NCBI GenBank assembly: GCA_964607465.1 | Contig: CAZSKS010000006.1 | Coordinates: 5,773-69,772, forward strand | Length of the DNA: 64,000 nt | Direction of reading: 5' to 3' | Source: an uncultured Gemmatimonadota bacterium | GTDB taxonomy: Bacteria > Gemmatimonadota > Gemmatimonadetes > Palauibacterales > Palauibacteraceae | In this document: in pieces, positions 52,368 through 61,669 of the stretch | Layout: each line of letters starts with the position of its first letter | Numbering within the stretch: the stretch's first letter is position 1 | Notes under the pieces: generated by a model | Database searches by the model: none | Told to the model about the DNA's origin: nothing | Seen by the model: only the letters and a program-made list of their open reading frames with translations | Position numbers and translations under genes: made by a program

Positions 52368-53732
52368 TCAGGAGCCCGCCCGGACCTCCCCGTACCGGAA
52401 GCCCGCGAGGGCCTCGTCGGCGCTCACGTCGAACTCGAAGCGCTGGCTCGTGCCCTCCGAGGGGAGCTCCACGGTGAGCTCCTGCGAGGTCACCGTGCTC
52501 CCGCTGCGGTCGAAGAACTCGAAGGGGATGGTCACGGTCTGTCCCGCCGCGCCGCGAGCGGTGATCTGCCCCTGGACCCGCCAGGTGCCCGCCGACTGCT
52601 GGACCAGGTCCACCTGCGGGATCTCCAGCGGCATGCCCTGCAGCTGGGGGAGGATCTGCTGGACCCGCTGGGTGTTCCCCTGGCGATCGTGGGACTGCAT
52701 CAGGGTCCGGTAGAGATCCTTCTGGTAGGGGTACCAGTCGACCAGCGTGTCGCTGATCGCGGCGGCCCGACCGAAGTTCTCCAGGCCCATGTTCACCTGG
52801 GCCAGGTTCTGCATCGCCAGCTTGTCGTAGGGTCGCAGCTCGCGGGCCCTCTCGAAGGCGAGCCGCGCCCCGTCGTAGGACTGCGACTCGATGAGCCCCA
52901 GGCCCGCGTTGAACCACTGCTCGAAGGTCAGGTCGTCCCGGTCCAGCAGACCGTCGAAGACCGCCTGGGCGCTGTCCTCCTGGCCGACGGTACGCAGGCT
53001 CACGGCGTAGTTGATGGCCGCGTCCACGTCGGAGGGATGCTCGCCGAGGTAGCTCCGGTAGATCTCCAGCGACTCCTCGGTGCGGCCCTGCTGCCGGAGG
53101 AGCTCCGCCAGGTTGATCGAGGCGGCCCGGTACTGGGCCGTGTCCCGGGCGACCTCGCGGGAATGCCGGTACAGCTCCTCCGCCCGCTCGGCGTTGCCGC
53201 GCTGCTGGTGCAGGAGGGCCGCGTTGTTGACCGACCGGGCGTCGTCGTAGATGACGTTCGCCTTCTCGAACTCCTCCAGCGCCGTGGAGTCGTCACCCGA
53301 CTGGTAGGCGCGAATGCCCGCGTTGTAGGCCTGGACCCAGGCGTTGTTGCGGGCCGTCTGGACCAGGTCACGGCAGCCCGGCTTCATCTCCACGAATTCC
53401 TCGAACCTCGAATTGGCCGCTTCGAAGTCTCCGAGGCCGAGCTGTGCCCGACCGGCGAGCCACCGCGCCGTGGCGTCCTCTTCGTTCTGCTTCATGGCCA
53501 GCTGGACGCGGGTCAGCGCCTGCTGGTAGTTCGACGCCGCTTGCTGTGGCGCCACGGTGTCCAGCTGGCTGCCCTGGTCGATGAGCTCCTCGGCCTGACG
53601 GGTCACCTCGGTTCCCTGGAGCTGACACTCCTGGGAACCCTCCTCCTGGGCGTCCAGCCCGGTCACTCCGAGGGCGGCCGCCCCCGTCACCAGGGCCAGA
53701 AAGCCGACGCTACGCATGAATCGATCGAGCAC
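52368..53732 (-). CDS. Secreted tetratricopeptide-repeat protein with a C-terminal beta-rich domain (function unknown)
   Basis: Signal-peptide-like MRSVGFLALVTGAAALGVTG, then multiple TPR-like A..Y..AL..P repeats. The last ~90 aa (WRVQGQITARGAAGQTVTIPFEFF..) are non-TPR. Confidence 0.6.
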   Translation of the reverse strand: MLDRFMRSVGFLALVTGAAALGVTGLDAQEEGSQECQLQGTEVTRQAEELIDQGSQLDTVAPQQAASNYQQALTRVQLAMKQNEEDATARWLAGRAQLGLGDFEAANSRFEEFVEMKPGCRDLVQTARNNAWVQAYNAGIRAYQSGDDSTALEEFEKANVIYDDARSVNNAALLHQQRGNAERAEELYRHSREVARDTAQYRAASINLAELLRQQGRTEESLEIYRSYLGEHPSDVDAAINYAVSLRTVGQEDSAQAVFDGLLDRDDLTFEQWFNAGLGLIESQSYDGARLAFERARELRPYDKLAMQNLAQVNMGLENFGRAAAISDTLVDWYPYQKDLYRTLMQSHDRQGNTQRVQQILPQLQGMPLEIPQVDLVQQSAGTWRVQGQITARGAAGQTVTIPFEFFDRSGSTVTSQELTVELPSEGTSQRFEFDVSADEALAGFRYGEVRAGS

Positions 53733-53831
53733 GAATCACTCCCTTCTGAGGTCTCCACTCGTCCGACGGTTCCGGCAGGGCGATACCGCTCGGCACAGCT
53801 CTTCCTGATTCCGTCCGGCGGCTCATACCCG

Positions 53832-53858
53832 GGGGACGGGCCGGCGGTCCCCGTCCCC
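53832..53858 (-). terminator. GC-rich hairpin immediately after the thrC stop
   Basis: GGGGACGGG (53832-53840) pairs with CCCGTCCCC (53850-53858), a 9-bp stem with a 9-nt loop. It ends 4 nt from the thrC stop codon (53862-53864). No U-tract. Confidence 0.35.
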
Positions 53859-53861
53859 GGC

Positions 53862-55004
53862 TCAATAGACCAGCTGGTGCGCGGTATTGAACAGGACCAC
53901 GGTCTCCCCCGCCCCCAGCGCGCCGTCCGTCGCCAGCCGCCGGGCGGCGGCCAGGGTCGCTCCGCCCTCGATGCTGGCGCTGATCCCCTCGCGCTCGCCC
54001 AGGGCACGGGCGCCCTCCTCCATCTCGCGGTCGGCCACCGCGACCGCCCCGCCGCCCGACTCGCGCAGGGCCCGCAGGATGAGGAAGTCCCCCAGGGCCG
54101 CCGGCACCCGGAGGCCCCAGGCGTCGGTTCGGGCGTCGGACCACGGATCGGCCTCGTCAGCGCCCGCCCGCCACGCCCGGACCACGGGGGCGCACCCCTC
54201 GCTCTGCACGGCGTAGAGCCGGGTCCGGGGGGCGAGGATCCCCAGCGCGGCCAGCTCTCCCAGCACCTTCCACGTGGCGATGAGGCCCGTGCCGCCGCCG
54301 GTGGGATAGACGACGGCGTCGGGAGGCCGCCAGCCGAGGGCCTCGGCGATCTCGAGCATCATCGTCTTCTTGCCCTCGAGGCGGTATGGCTCCCGGAGGG
54401 TGGAGACGTCGAAGGCTCCGGTCTCCTCGGCGTGGCGGGAGGCCCGCTCGCCGCACTCGGTGATGAGCCCGTCCACCTCGACCACCTCCGCTCCCAGGCG
54501 CCGACACCGTCGCCGCACGCCCTCCGGCGTGTCGGTCGGGAGGAACACCGTGGCCGGCAGTCCCGCCCGGGCCGCGTAGGCGGAGAGAGCCGCGCCGGCG
54601 TTGCCGGCGCTCGGGATCACGAAGCCTCCCGCTCCGTCCCGGGCGGCGCGGGTGACGGCGGCGGACAGCCCCCGGTCCTTGAAGCTGCCGGTGGGGTTCC
54701 GTCCCTCGTCCTTGACGGCCAGCCGGAGTCCCAGCTCGTCGCCCAGATCCGGCAGAGGGACGAGGGGCGTGCCTCCCTCCCCCAGGGTGACGGGGTCCTC
54801 GTCCTCGCGCAGGGGCAGCAGCTCCCGGAAGCGCCACATCCCCCCGGACCGACGGGCCCACCGGGTCCTCAACTCCTCCCCGTCGACGCCGTCGGTGCCG
54901 TAGCGGGCCAGGAGCGGCTTCCCGCACGCCGGGCACACGGTGACGCCGGGGGCCGCCTCCTCCAGACGGCCGCAGGCCCCACAGCTGAGCTTCTCCCGGA
55001 ACAT
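53862..55004 (-). CDS. thrC: Threonine synthase (short form with N-terminal Cys4 zinc ribbon)
   Basis: CGACG...CPACG N-terminus, PLP lysine motif NPTGSFKDRG, and SAGNAGAALSAYAA. Confidence 0.85.
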   Translation of the reverse strand: MFREKLSCGACGRLEEAAPGVTVCPACGKPLLARYGTDGVDGEELRTRWARRSGGMWRFRELLPLREDEDPVTLGEGGTPLVPLPDLGDELGLRLAVKDEGRNPTGSFKDRGLSAAVTRAARDGAGGFVIPSAGNAGAALSAYAARAGLPATVFLPTDTPEGVRRRCRRLGAEVVEVDGLITECGERASRHAEETGAFDVSTLREPYRLEGKKTMMLEIAEALGWRPPDAVVYPTGGGTGLIATWKVLGELAALGILAPRTRLYAVQSEGCAPVVRAWRAGADEADPWSDARTDAWGLRVPAALGDFLILRALRESGGGAVAVADREMEEGARALGEREGISASIEGGATLAAARRLATDGALGAGETVVLFNTAHQLVY

Positions 55005-55005
55005 C

Positions 55006-56478
55006 CTAGGCCCCCTCCTCCGTCGTCTCCCCGTCCTCCCGGGCCCCGACGCTCACCTCCAGCCCCCGTTCCAGCCGCCGCAGGGTGCGGTCCCGACCGA
55101 GCAGGTACGCCACGCCCGGCAGCTCGGGCCCCTGGAGCTCACCCGTCAGGGCCGCCCGGAGGGGATGGTAGAAGGCCGCGCCCCCGACCTCCACCCTTCC
55201 CTTCGCCTCCTCCAGCGCCCGGCGGATGCCCTCCCGGTCCCAGGCGCCCAGCCGGGACCAGGCCGTCCGGGCCGCCTCCAGGACGCCGGCCGCCTCCGGA
55301 GCCTCCAGGGCGTCGCGGGCCTCCTCCCGGACATCCGGCTCCGGCAGGAGCTTCCGCAGCTCCTCGACCGCCTCGGTCAGCAGCTGGATCCGGTCTCCGA
55401 GGACCTCCGCGGCCGCTCGCAGGTCCCGGGGTGCCAGCTCGAGCCCGGCCGACGCGAGGTACGGCCGCAGGCGCTCGGCCAGCCGGTCGGGGGGGTCCGC
55501 GGCGATGTGCCGGCCCGAGAGCCACCGCATCTTCTCCGGATCCACCTCCGTGTCGGCCCGGCCGATCCGCTCCAGGTCCGTCTCGGCCACGATCCGCTCC
55601 CGGGAGAGGACCTCGTCCCCCGAGGGGCTGGACCAGGCCAGGAGCGACAGGTAGTTGACGACCGCGTCCGGGTGGTAGCCCCGCTCGCGGAAGGCCAGCA
55701 GCCCCGGGGCGTCGTCCCGCTTCGAGAGCCCGCCGCCGCCCGGCGCCAGCACCAGGGGGATGTGGGCGAACTCCGGCGGCTCGGCGTCCAGCGCCCGGTA
55801 GAGGAGGACCTGCTTCGGGGTGTTGGACAGGTGGTCCGCGCCACGGATCACGTGGCTGATCTTCATCACGAGGTCGTCCACCACGACGGCGAAGTTGTAG
55901 GTGGGGCGCCCGTCGGAGCGGAGGATGACCATGTCGCCCAGCTCCGCCCCCTCGAACTCGACTTCGCCCCGTACGCGGTCCGACACCCGGATCGTGCCGG
56001 CGTCCACCCGGAAGCGGACGCTGGGGGTGCGCCCTTCCGATCGACGGGCGGCCTCCTCCTCGTCCGACAGGTCCCGGCACCGCCCGTCGTAGCGCACCGG
56101 CTCGCCGGCCGCCACCGCCGCCTCCCGGCGGGCCTCCAGCTCCTCTTCCGTGCAGTAGCAGTGATACGCGCGGTCCCGCTCCAGCAGCCGGCTGGCGTGG
56201 TCCCGGTAGAGGGGCAGCCGCTGGCTCTGTCGGTAGGGGCCGTGCTCCCCGCCGACCTCCGGCCCCTCGTCGGGATGCAGCTCCAGCCAGCGGAGGCCCT
56301 CCAGTACTGCGCGTCCGGCCTCTTCGGAGGTCCGCTCGAGGTCCGTGTCCTCGAAGCGGAGGACGAAGTCCCCTCCGTGACGCCGGGCGAAGGCCCAGTT
56401 CAGCACCGCCGTGCGGGCGTTGCCCAGGTGGAGCTCCCCGGTCGGGCTGGGCGCGAAGCGGGTGCGGACCCGCGTCAC
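55006..56478 (-). CDS. gltX: Glutamate--tRNA ligase
   Basis: GTG 56478 is the first start after the uvrC stop. RFAPSPTGELHLGNAR (HIGH) and GLSKR (KMSKS). TAG stop at 55006-55008. Confidence 0.92.
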   Translation of the reverse strand: MTRVRTRFAPSPTGELHLGNARTAVLNWAFARRHGGDFVLRFEDTDLERTSEEAGRAVLEGLRWLELHPDEGPEVGGEHGPYRQSQRLPLYRDHASRLLERDRAYHCYCTEEELEARREAAVAAGEPVRYDGRCRDLSDEEEAARRSEGRTPSVRFRVDAGTIRVSDRVRGEVEFEGAELGDMVILRSDGRPTYNFAVVVDDLVMKISHVIRGADHLSNTPKQVLLYRALDAEPPEFAHIPLVLAPGGGGLSKRDDAPGLLAFRERGYHPDAVVNYLSLLAWSSPSGDEVLSRERIVAETDLERIGRADTEVDPEKMRWLSGRHIAADPPDRLAERLRPYLASAGLELAPRDLRAAAEVLGDRIQLLTEAVEELRKLLPEPDVREEARDALEAPEAAGVLEAARTAWSRLGAWDREGIRRALEEAKGRVEVGGAAFYHPLRAALTGELQGPELPGVAYLLGRDRTLRRLERGLEVSVGAREDGETTEEGA

Positions 56479-56524
56479 GCCGGGCCTCCGCCGCCGGGAC
56501 GGCCGGCGGGTCGCCGAGCCCGGG

Positions 56525-58420
56525 TCAACGGTCCCCGTGGTCGGCCAGTTCGTCCCGGATCCTGGAGGCCGTCGCGGCACCGATCCCCGGCGTCCGCGTC
56601 AGCTCCTCCCGGCTGGCCTCCCGGACGGCCTCAAGGCTCCCGAAGCGCCGCAGGAGGGCCTGCTCCCGCTCCGGGCCCACGCCCTCGACGTCGGAGAGGC
56701 GGGAGCGGAGGGTGCGGCGACGACGCAGGTTGCGGTTGTACGCCAGCGCGAAGCGGTGCGCCTCGTCCCGAACCCGCTGGAGCCAGTGGAGGCCCGGATC
56801 GGACCGCTCCAGCCGCAGGGGGTCGTCCTCGCCGGGTCGGTACACCTCCTCCTCGCGCTTGGCCAGGGCCAGCAGGGGAAGGTCCGAGACGCCGGCCGAC
56901 TCCATCGCCTGCCGGGCGGCACCGAGCTGGCCCTTCCCCCCGTCCACCACCACGAGGTCCGGGAGTCGCTCGCCCTCCCGCACCCGGCCCTCGAAGTAGC
57001 GCCCCACGATCTCCTGCATCATCGCGTAGTCGTCGGTCCGCCCCTCGTCGGTGCCGCGGATCCGGAACCGCCGGTACTCGTCCTTGACCGGCCCGCCGTC
57101 CTCCAACCACACGGCGCTCCCCGCCGAATCGGCGCCCTGCAGCGTGGACACGTCGAACCCCACCAGGCTCCGGGGCGGACGCTCCAGCTCCAGGGCCTCG
57201 GCCAGGGCCCGGGCGCTCCGGGACGCTCCCGGCTTCGGGTCCGCGCCCGCCTCCCGGAACGCCTCCGTCTCTTCCGCCCCGTCCTCGCGAAGATCCTCGC
57301 GGCGCAGGAGATGGCCGGCGTTCTCCTCCGCCAGCTCCACGAGCCGTCGCTTCCGGCCCCGCTCCGGAACGTGGACCCGGAAGGGGCCGTCGCGCCGCAT
57401 GGAGAGGTACTCCTCCACCAGGTCCCGATCCCCGAAGTCCTCGGGCGCCAGCAGCTCCGGCGGCAGGTCCTCCTGGCGCAGGTAGAACCCCTTCACGAAC
57501 GCCCCGGCCACCTGACCCTCGTCTTCCTCGCCCAGGTTGCGCAGGAAGTGCACCTCCCGGCCCAGCAGCCGCCCCTCCCGCACGCGGAGCACCACGCCGC
57601 AGGCCACCTCCCCCTGGCGCACGATCCCCAGCACGTCCCGATCGCCGCCGCGGAAGTCCACCGGCGTTCGCCGCCGCTCCATCGACTCCAGCCCCTCCAG
57701 GACGTCCCGCAGCTCGGCGGCCCGCTCGAAGTCCAGGTCGTCGGCGGCCTCCCGCATGCGGCGGCGCACCTCCGTCTTCACCTGTCCCGTGCGGCCGGCC
57801 AGGACCTGCAGGATCTCCCCGATCATGGCCCGGTACTCCTCGCGGCTCTGGTGGCCCGCGCAGGGCGCCCGGCAGCGCCCGATGTGGTAGTCCAGACAGG
57901 GGCGCTCCGGCATCTCCTCCGGCATGTCGTAGTGGCAGCTCCGCACCGGGTAGAGCTTCTTCAGCATGCGCAGGGCGCTGCGCATGCCGCCCACGTCGGT
58001 GTAGGGGCCGAAGTACCGGGAGCCGTCCCGCTCCAGCCGACGGGTCACCATGACCCGCGGGAAGGGCTCCTGGACGGTGACCCTGACGTAGGGATAGCTC
58101 TTGTCGTCCCGCAGCTGGACGTTGAACCGGGGCTCGTGCTCCTTGATGAGATTCCACTCCAGCAGGAGCGCCTCGGCCTCCGAGTCCAGGACGAAGGTCT
58201 CCAGGTCGTCGATGCGCCGGACCAGCTCGCGGATCTTGAGGGAGCGTCCCGCGTCGGCGTTGAAGTAGCTGCGGACGCGGGAGCGGAGGGACTTCGCCTT
58301 GCCGACGTAGAGGACCTCGCCCTCCCGGTCCCGGAAGACGTACACGCCGGCCCCGTCCGGGAGCTCCCCGGCCTCACCCTTCAGCCGTTCTATCCGGTCT
58401 CGGTTCGTCGTCTCGGTCAT
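56525..58420 (-). CDS. uvrC: Excinuclease ABC subunit C
   Basis: GIY-YIG N-terminus GVYVFRDREGEVLYVGKAKSLRSRV, UVR domain, and C-terminal (HhH)2. Confidence 0.95.
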   Translation of the reverse strand: MTETTNRDRIERLKGEAGELPDGAGVYVFRDREGEVLYVGKAKSLRSRVRSYFNADAGRSLKIRELVRRIDDLETFVLDSEAEALLLEWNLIKEHEPRFNVQLRDDKSYPYVRVTVQEPFPRVMVTRRLERDGSRYFGPYTDVGGMRSALRMLKKLYPVRSCHYDMPEEMPERPCLDYHIGRCRAPCAGHQSREEYRAMIGEILQVLAGRTGQVKTEVRRRMREAADDLDFERAAELRDVLEGLESMERRRTPVDFRGGDRDVLGIVRQGEVACGVVLRVREGRLLGREVHFLRNLGEEDEGQVAGAFVKGFYLRQEDLPPELLAPEDFGDRDLVEEYLSMRRDGPFRVHVPERGRKRRLVELAEENAGHLLRREDLREDGAEETEAFREAGADPKPGASRSARALAEALELERPPRSLVGFDVSTLQGADSAGSAVWLEDGGPVKDEYRRFRIRGTDEGRTDDYAMMQEIVGRYFEGRVREGERLPDLVVVDGGKGQLGAARQAMESAGVSDLPLLALAKREEEVYRPGEDDPLRLERSDPGLHWLQRVRDEAHRFALAYNRNLRRRRTLRSRLSDVEGVGPEREQALLRRFGSLEAVREASREELTRTPGIGAATASRIRDELADHGDR

Positions 58421-60095
58421 GGGATGGGTCGACCCCCCGGGGCGGTCGCCCGGCGGCCAGGAGGTATGGTACCCCCGCGGCCAGCAGCGTTCCGGCCAGC
58501 ACCAGCCCCCTGCCGGTGAGGTCGTCCGGGGGCACCACCGAGGTCAGCCATCCCCGGGCCAGATGGCCCGCCAGCCCTCCGGCCGCCGCCGCCAGGACCA
58601 CGCGCAGCGTCCGGCGGACGTCGCGCCCGGCCAGGAAGCCTCCCACCCGCGCCCGCAGCCCCCGCCACAGGAGCACCAGGTTGAGCCACGCGCCCAGGGC
58701 GCCTCCCGTCAGGAGCCCGGCCACGGCCACCGCCCCCATGCCCGCGGCCCGGGCCCAGAACATCAGGCCGGCACCCACCACCAGGCCGGTGGTGACGGCG
58801 GCGGCGGCGTACTTCAGCGGCGTCTTCGTATCCTGCAGGGCGTGAAACCCGCCGGCGAAGAGCTTGACCGAGCTGGTAGCCACGAGCCCGAGGGCGTAGG
58901 GCACGAGGATCGCCGCCACCAGCTGGGTGCTGTCGGGCCCGAACGCTCCCCGCTGGAAGAGGAGGGCAACCATCAGGTCGCCGAAGAGGATCAGCGCCAC
59001 GGCGGCGGGAAAGACGAACCAGAGGATCTGGAAGAAGCCGTCCCGGAGGCGCCGGCGCAGGGCCTTCGGAACCTCCCGCTCGCGCGACATCTCGGGCAGC
59101 GACGCCGTGGCCACCGACACGCCGAAGAGGCTCAGGGGCAGGTAGGCCAGCCGCTGTCCGTAGTAGAGGCCCGCCACGGCCGCCGTGGGGAGAGCGCTGG
59201 CCAGCACCAGCTCCATGAGGCTCGAGAGCTGGAAGATCCCCTGGCTGGAGATCACCGGGAGGGCGTTCCGGACGACGCGGCGGACCGGCTCCCAGCTCCA
59301 CGACAGCGACGGCCGCAGCCGACCCAGCAGCCGCGCCACCTCCGGCAGCTGGATCGCGAGCTGGAGGACGCTCCCCGCCAGGGTGGACCACGCGAGGACC
59401 ACCACCAGCGGCTCCCATCCCGCCCAGCGCCCCACCAGGAGTCCGGCGATCTGGGCCAGGTTCCACAGGACGGGGGCGGCGAAGGGGAGGAAGTAGCTCC
59501 GGTGGCTGTTGAGCACCCCCAGAGCCCAGGCGGCCACGATCATGACCCCCGCCATGGGGAAGAGGATGCGGACGAGGGAGGTGGTCAACGCGGCCGCCTC
59601 CGGGCCCCATCCTGGGACGACGATCCGCGTCAGGAGAGGGGCCGCCAGCACGCCCAGGGCGCTGAGGACGCCGGCCAGCCCGATGACCACTCCCAGGACC
59701 CCACGGGCCAGCCGATCGGCCGACGCCCGGTCGGCGTCCTCCAGCAGGGCGCTGTAGACGGGGACGAAGGAGGCGGAGAGCGTGCCCTCTCCCAGCAGGT
59801 TGCGGATGACGTTGGGGATCCGGAGGGCCGCGTTGTAGGCGGAGGCCGCCAGGCCGGTGCCGAAGAACGCCCCGATGGCCACGTCGCGGGCGAAGCCGGT
59901 GAGGCGGCTCAGCAGGATGCCGCTTCCCACCGAGACGGCCGATCGTCCCACCGACGACGGAGCGGCCGGGTCTCCCCCGGGCGGGGCCGGTCCGGGGGGC
60001 TCGTCCCCGGCGGGGTCCCGATCGCTCCGCGCCGCCGGCTCCTCGCCGCTGGGGACCCCGTCGGCTCCGATCTCCGGGGGCTCGCGCCCGGTCAC
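58374..60095 (-). CDS. murJ: Lipid II flippase MurJ
   Basis: ILLSRLTGFARDVAIGAFFGTG and NVIRNLLGEGTLSASFVPV motifs, about 14 TM. GTG 60095 overlaps the bshC stop (GTGA); an alternative GTG 59951 removes a ~48-aa Pro/Gly-rich leader. Confidence 0.88.
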   Translation of the reverse strand: MTGREPPEIGADGVPSGEEPAARSDRDPAGDEPPGPAPPGGDPAAPSSVGRSAVSVGSGILLSRLTGFARDVAIGAFFGTGLAASAYNAALRIPNVIRNLLGEGTLSASFVPVYSALLEDADRASADRLARGVLGVVIGLAGVLSALGVLAAPLLTRIVVPGWGPEAAALTTSLVRILFPMAGVMIVAAWALGVLNSHRSYFLPFAAPVLWNLAQIAGLLVGRWAGWEPLVVVLAWSTLAGSVLQLAIQLPEVARLLGRLRPSLSWSWEPVRRVVRNALPVISSQGIFQLSSLMELVLASALPTAAVAGLYYGQRLAYLPLSLFGVSVATASLPEMSREREVPKALRRRLRDGFFQILWFVFPAAVALILFGDLMVALLFQRGAFGPDSTQLVAAILVPYALGLVATSSVKLFAGGFHALQDTKTPLKYAAAAVTTGLVVGAGLMFWARAAGMGAVAVAGLLTGGALGAWLNLVLLWRGLRARVGGFLAGRDVRRTLRVVLAAAAGGLAGHLARGWLTSVVPPDDLTGRGLVLAGTLLAAGVPYLLAAGRPPRGVDPSHDRDDEPRPDRTAEG

Positions 60096-61669
60096 GGCGC
60101 GTCGGCCCCTGCGGTCACCCGCTCCCGGGTGCGGTCGACCAGCCGGTCCACGAAGGAGGCCCCGTAGCGGGAGACGTAGTAGAGGGGGCTCACGACCCGC
60201 TCCTGGGGCTCGCCGTCGGGCCACAGGTGGAGGGCCGCCTTGCGGATCTGCTGCAGCAGCACCGCGTTCTGCTCCTCCACCCGCTGATCCACCGCGCTCT
60301 GCAGCCGGTCCAGGCTCTGGAAGGCCTCGTGGCGGGCCGCCCCCACGGTCGAGCGCAGGCCCGGAAGCTCGGCCTGCACCGCCTCCTCGACCCCGCCCAG
60401 CGCCTCCTGCACTGCCCGTCGCGCCCCCTCGAGCGCCTCCTGCACGCCCGGCGGGCGTCCCCGTTCCCGCACCGCCCGGACCAGCTCCTCCCCCCCGTCC
60501 CGGAAGGCCTCCGGGCCGGCGTCCAGCTTCTCCAGGACCTTCTCCACCTTGCCCTCCACCACCGTCCACCCTCCGCGGGGCCGGAGGCGGGGAAATGGCA
60601 CCCCGGCCCACCGGAACAGCCCCGGAAGCTGGGTCCAGTACGCCAACTCGCCCGGACCGAGGACCGTGGCCCGCGTGGGGAGGAGCCACGACGCCAGGAC
60701 GGGCCGGAGCGCCACGTTCGGGCTGAATCGCTCCGGATGGGCCTCCAGCTCCTCCAGCACCCGCTCCCGGGGCACCGGCTCGCCCTCCCGGCCGATCCGC
60801 AGCCGTCCCTCCCCGTCCCGAAGGAGACGGGTCCGCCCCGACGGGCGGTCCACGAAGAGCGGAACGCCCCCGGCCTCGTCGTGGATGAGCGGCTCGTACC
60901 CGGCCTCCCGGACGGACCGGGTGGATGCCCGGAAGGCCTCCTCCACCTCTCCGGCCTCCCGCAGCACCCGGCGGTACAGCGGCGCCGCGGACCGCCGGAG
61001 CGCCCCCTCGGTGCTGTCCAGCCACGCCAGGGGCAGACCGTCCAGCACCCCGGTCAGCGCCCGGCCGAAGGCCTCCGACAGCGTGCGACCGGGTCGATAG
61101 GCATCTCGAAACAAGTCGAGATATATAGGCTTAAACTCCGAATCCGGCAGGAGATCAAAGATCGTCTCCAGGAGATTCTCGATGCCGTCGCCGAATCGGG
61201 TCGGACCCACCGCCCTTCCCTCCCGCTCCTCCGGGGGCGGCAGGGCGACCTCGCGGAGACGGTTCCCGAGGTCGGGGAGGCGCGTGCGGCCGACCTCGGC
61301 CCAGTCGTGGTCGTCCCCGGCCACCCAGAAGAGGGCCAGCGCAGGCGTTCCGGCCTCCCGGAGCCGCTCGGCCGCCACGACGGCCGTGACGGCCTTGTAG
61401 AGCACGTAGACCGGCCCCAGGAAGAGGAGGGGCTGCTGTCCGGTGGTCACCAGCACGCCGTCCCCCTGCAGGACCTCCTCCAGCCGGCGCCGGGCTTCCG
61501 GTCCCGCGGTACGCACCACGTCGCCCGGGAGGCGCGCCTGGGAGCCGGACGGGAGGTCGCCGTCCGGCAGGAGGCCCCGGGCCGGATCGGCACAGGCCAG
61601 CAGATCACCGGCCAGGCTGCCGGGGGTCGCCAGGGGACGGGGCTCCAGACGCGGGAGATCCGGCGTCAC
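60092..61669 (-). CDS. bshC: Bacillithiol biosynthesis cysteine-adding enzyme BshC (UPF0747)
   Basis: TGQQPLLFLGPVYVLYKAVTAVV..FWVAGDDHDWAEV, HPERFSPNVALRPV..GPGELAYW and PQERVVSPLYYVSRYG match B. subtilis BshC blocks (GGQQAGLLTGPLYTIHK, FWVAGEDHD, HPERFSNNVVTRP, GPGEINYW, PQERIWNIMYYLNRYG). GTG 61669 overlaps the upstream stop. Confidence 0.85.
   Translation of the reverse strand: MTPDLPRLEPRPLATPGSLAGDLLACADPARGLLPDGDLPSGSQARLPGDVVRTAGPEARRRLEEVLQGDGVLVTTGQQPLLFLGPVYVLYKAVTAVVAAERLREAGTPALALFWVAGDDHDWAEVGRTRLPDLGNRLREVALPPPEEREGRAVGPTRFGDGIENLLETIFDLLPDSEFKPIYLDLFRDAYRPGRTLSEAFGRALTGVLDGLPLAWLDSTEGALRRSAAPLYRRVLREAGEVEEAFRASTRSVREAGYEPLIHDEAGGVPLFVDRPSGRTRLLRDGEGRLRIGREGEPVPRERVLEELEAHPERFSPNVALRPVLASWLLPTRATVLGPGELAYWTQLPGLFRWAGVPFPRLRPRGGWTVVEGKVEKVLEKLDAGPEAFRDGGEELVRAVRERGRPPGVQEALEGARRAVQEALGGVEEAVQAELPGLRSTVGAARHEAFQSLDRLQSAVDQRVEEQNAVLLQQIRKAALHLWPDGEPQERVVSPLYYVSRYGASFVDRLVDRTRERVTAGADAP

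Noticed and set aside
52140-60167. Long + strand ORFs in the - strand block (52140-55658 at 1172 aa, 54940-57087, 56411-58519, 58419-60167), and the equivalent - strand ORFs over the glycosylation cluster (40905-43274, 36789-38579).
   Set aside because: The reasoning is the same: low-complexity Pro/Arg/Gly translations opposite well-supported genes (der, thrC, gltX, uvrC, murJ, YfhO-like). They are shadow ORFs of a high-GC genome.
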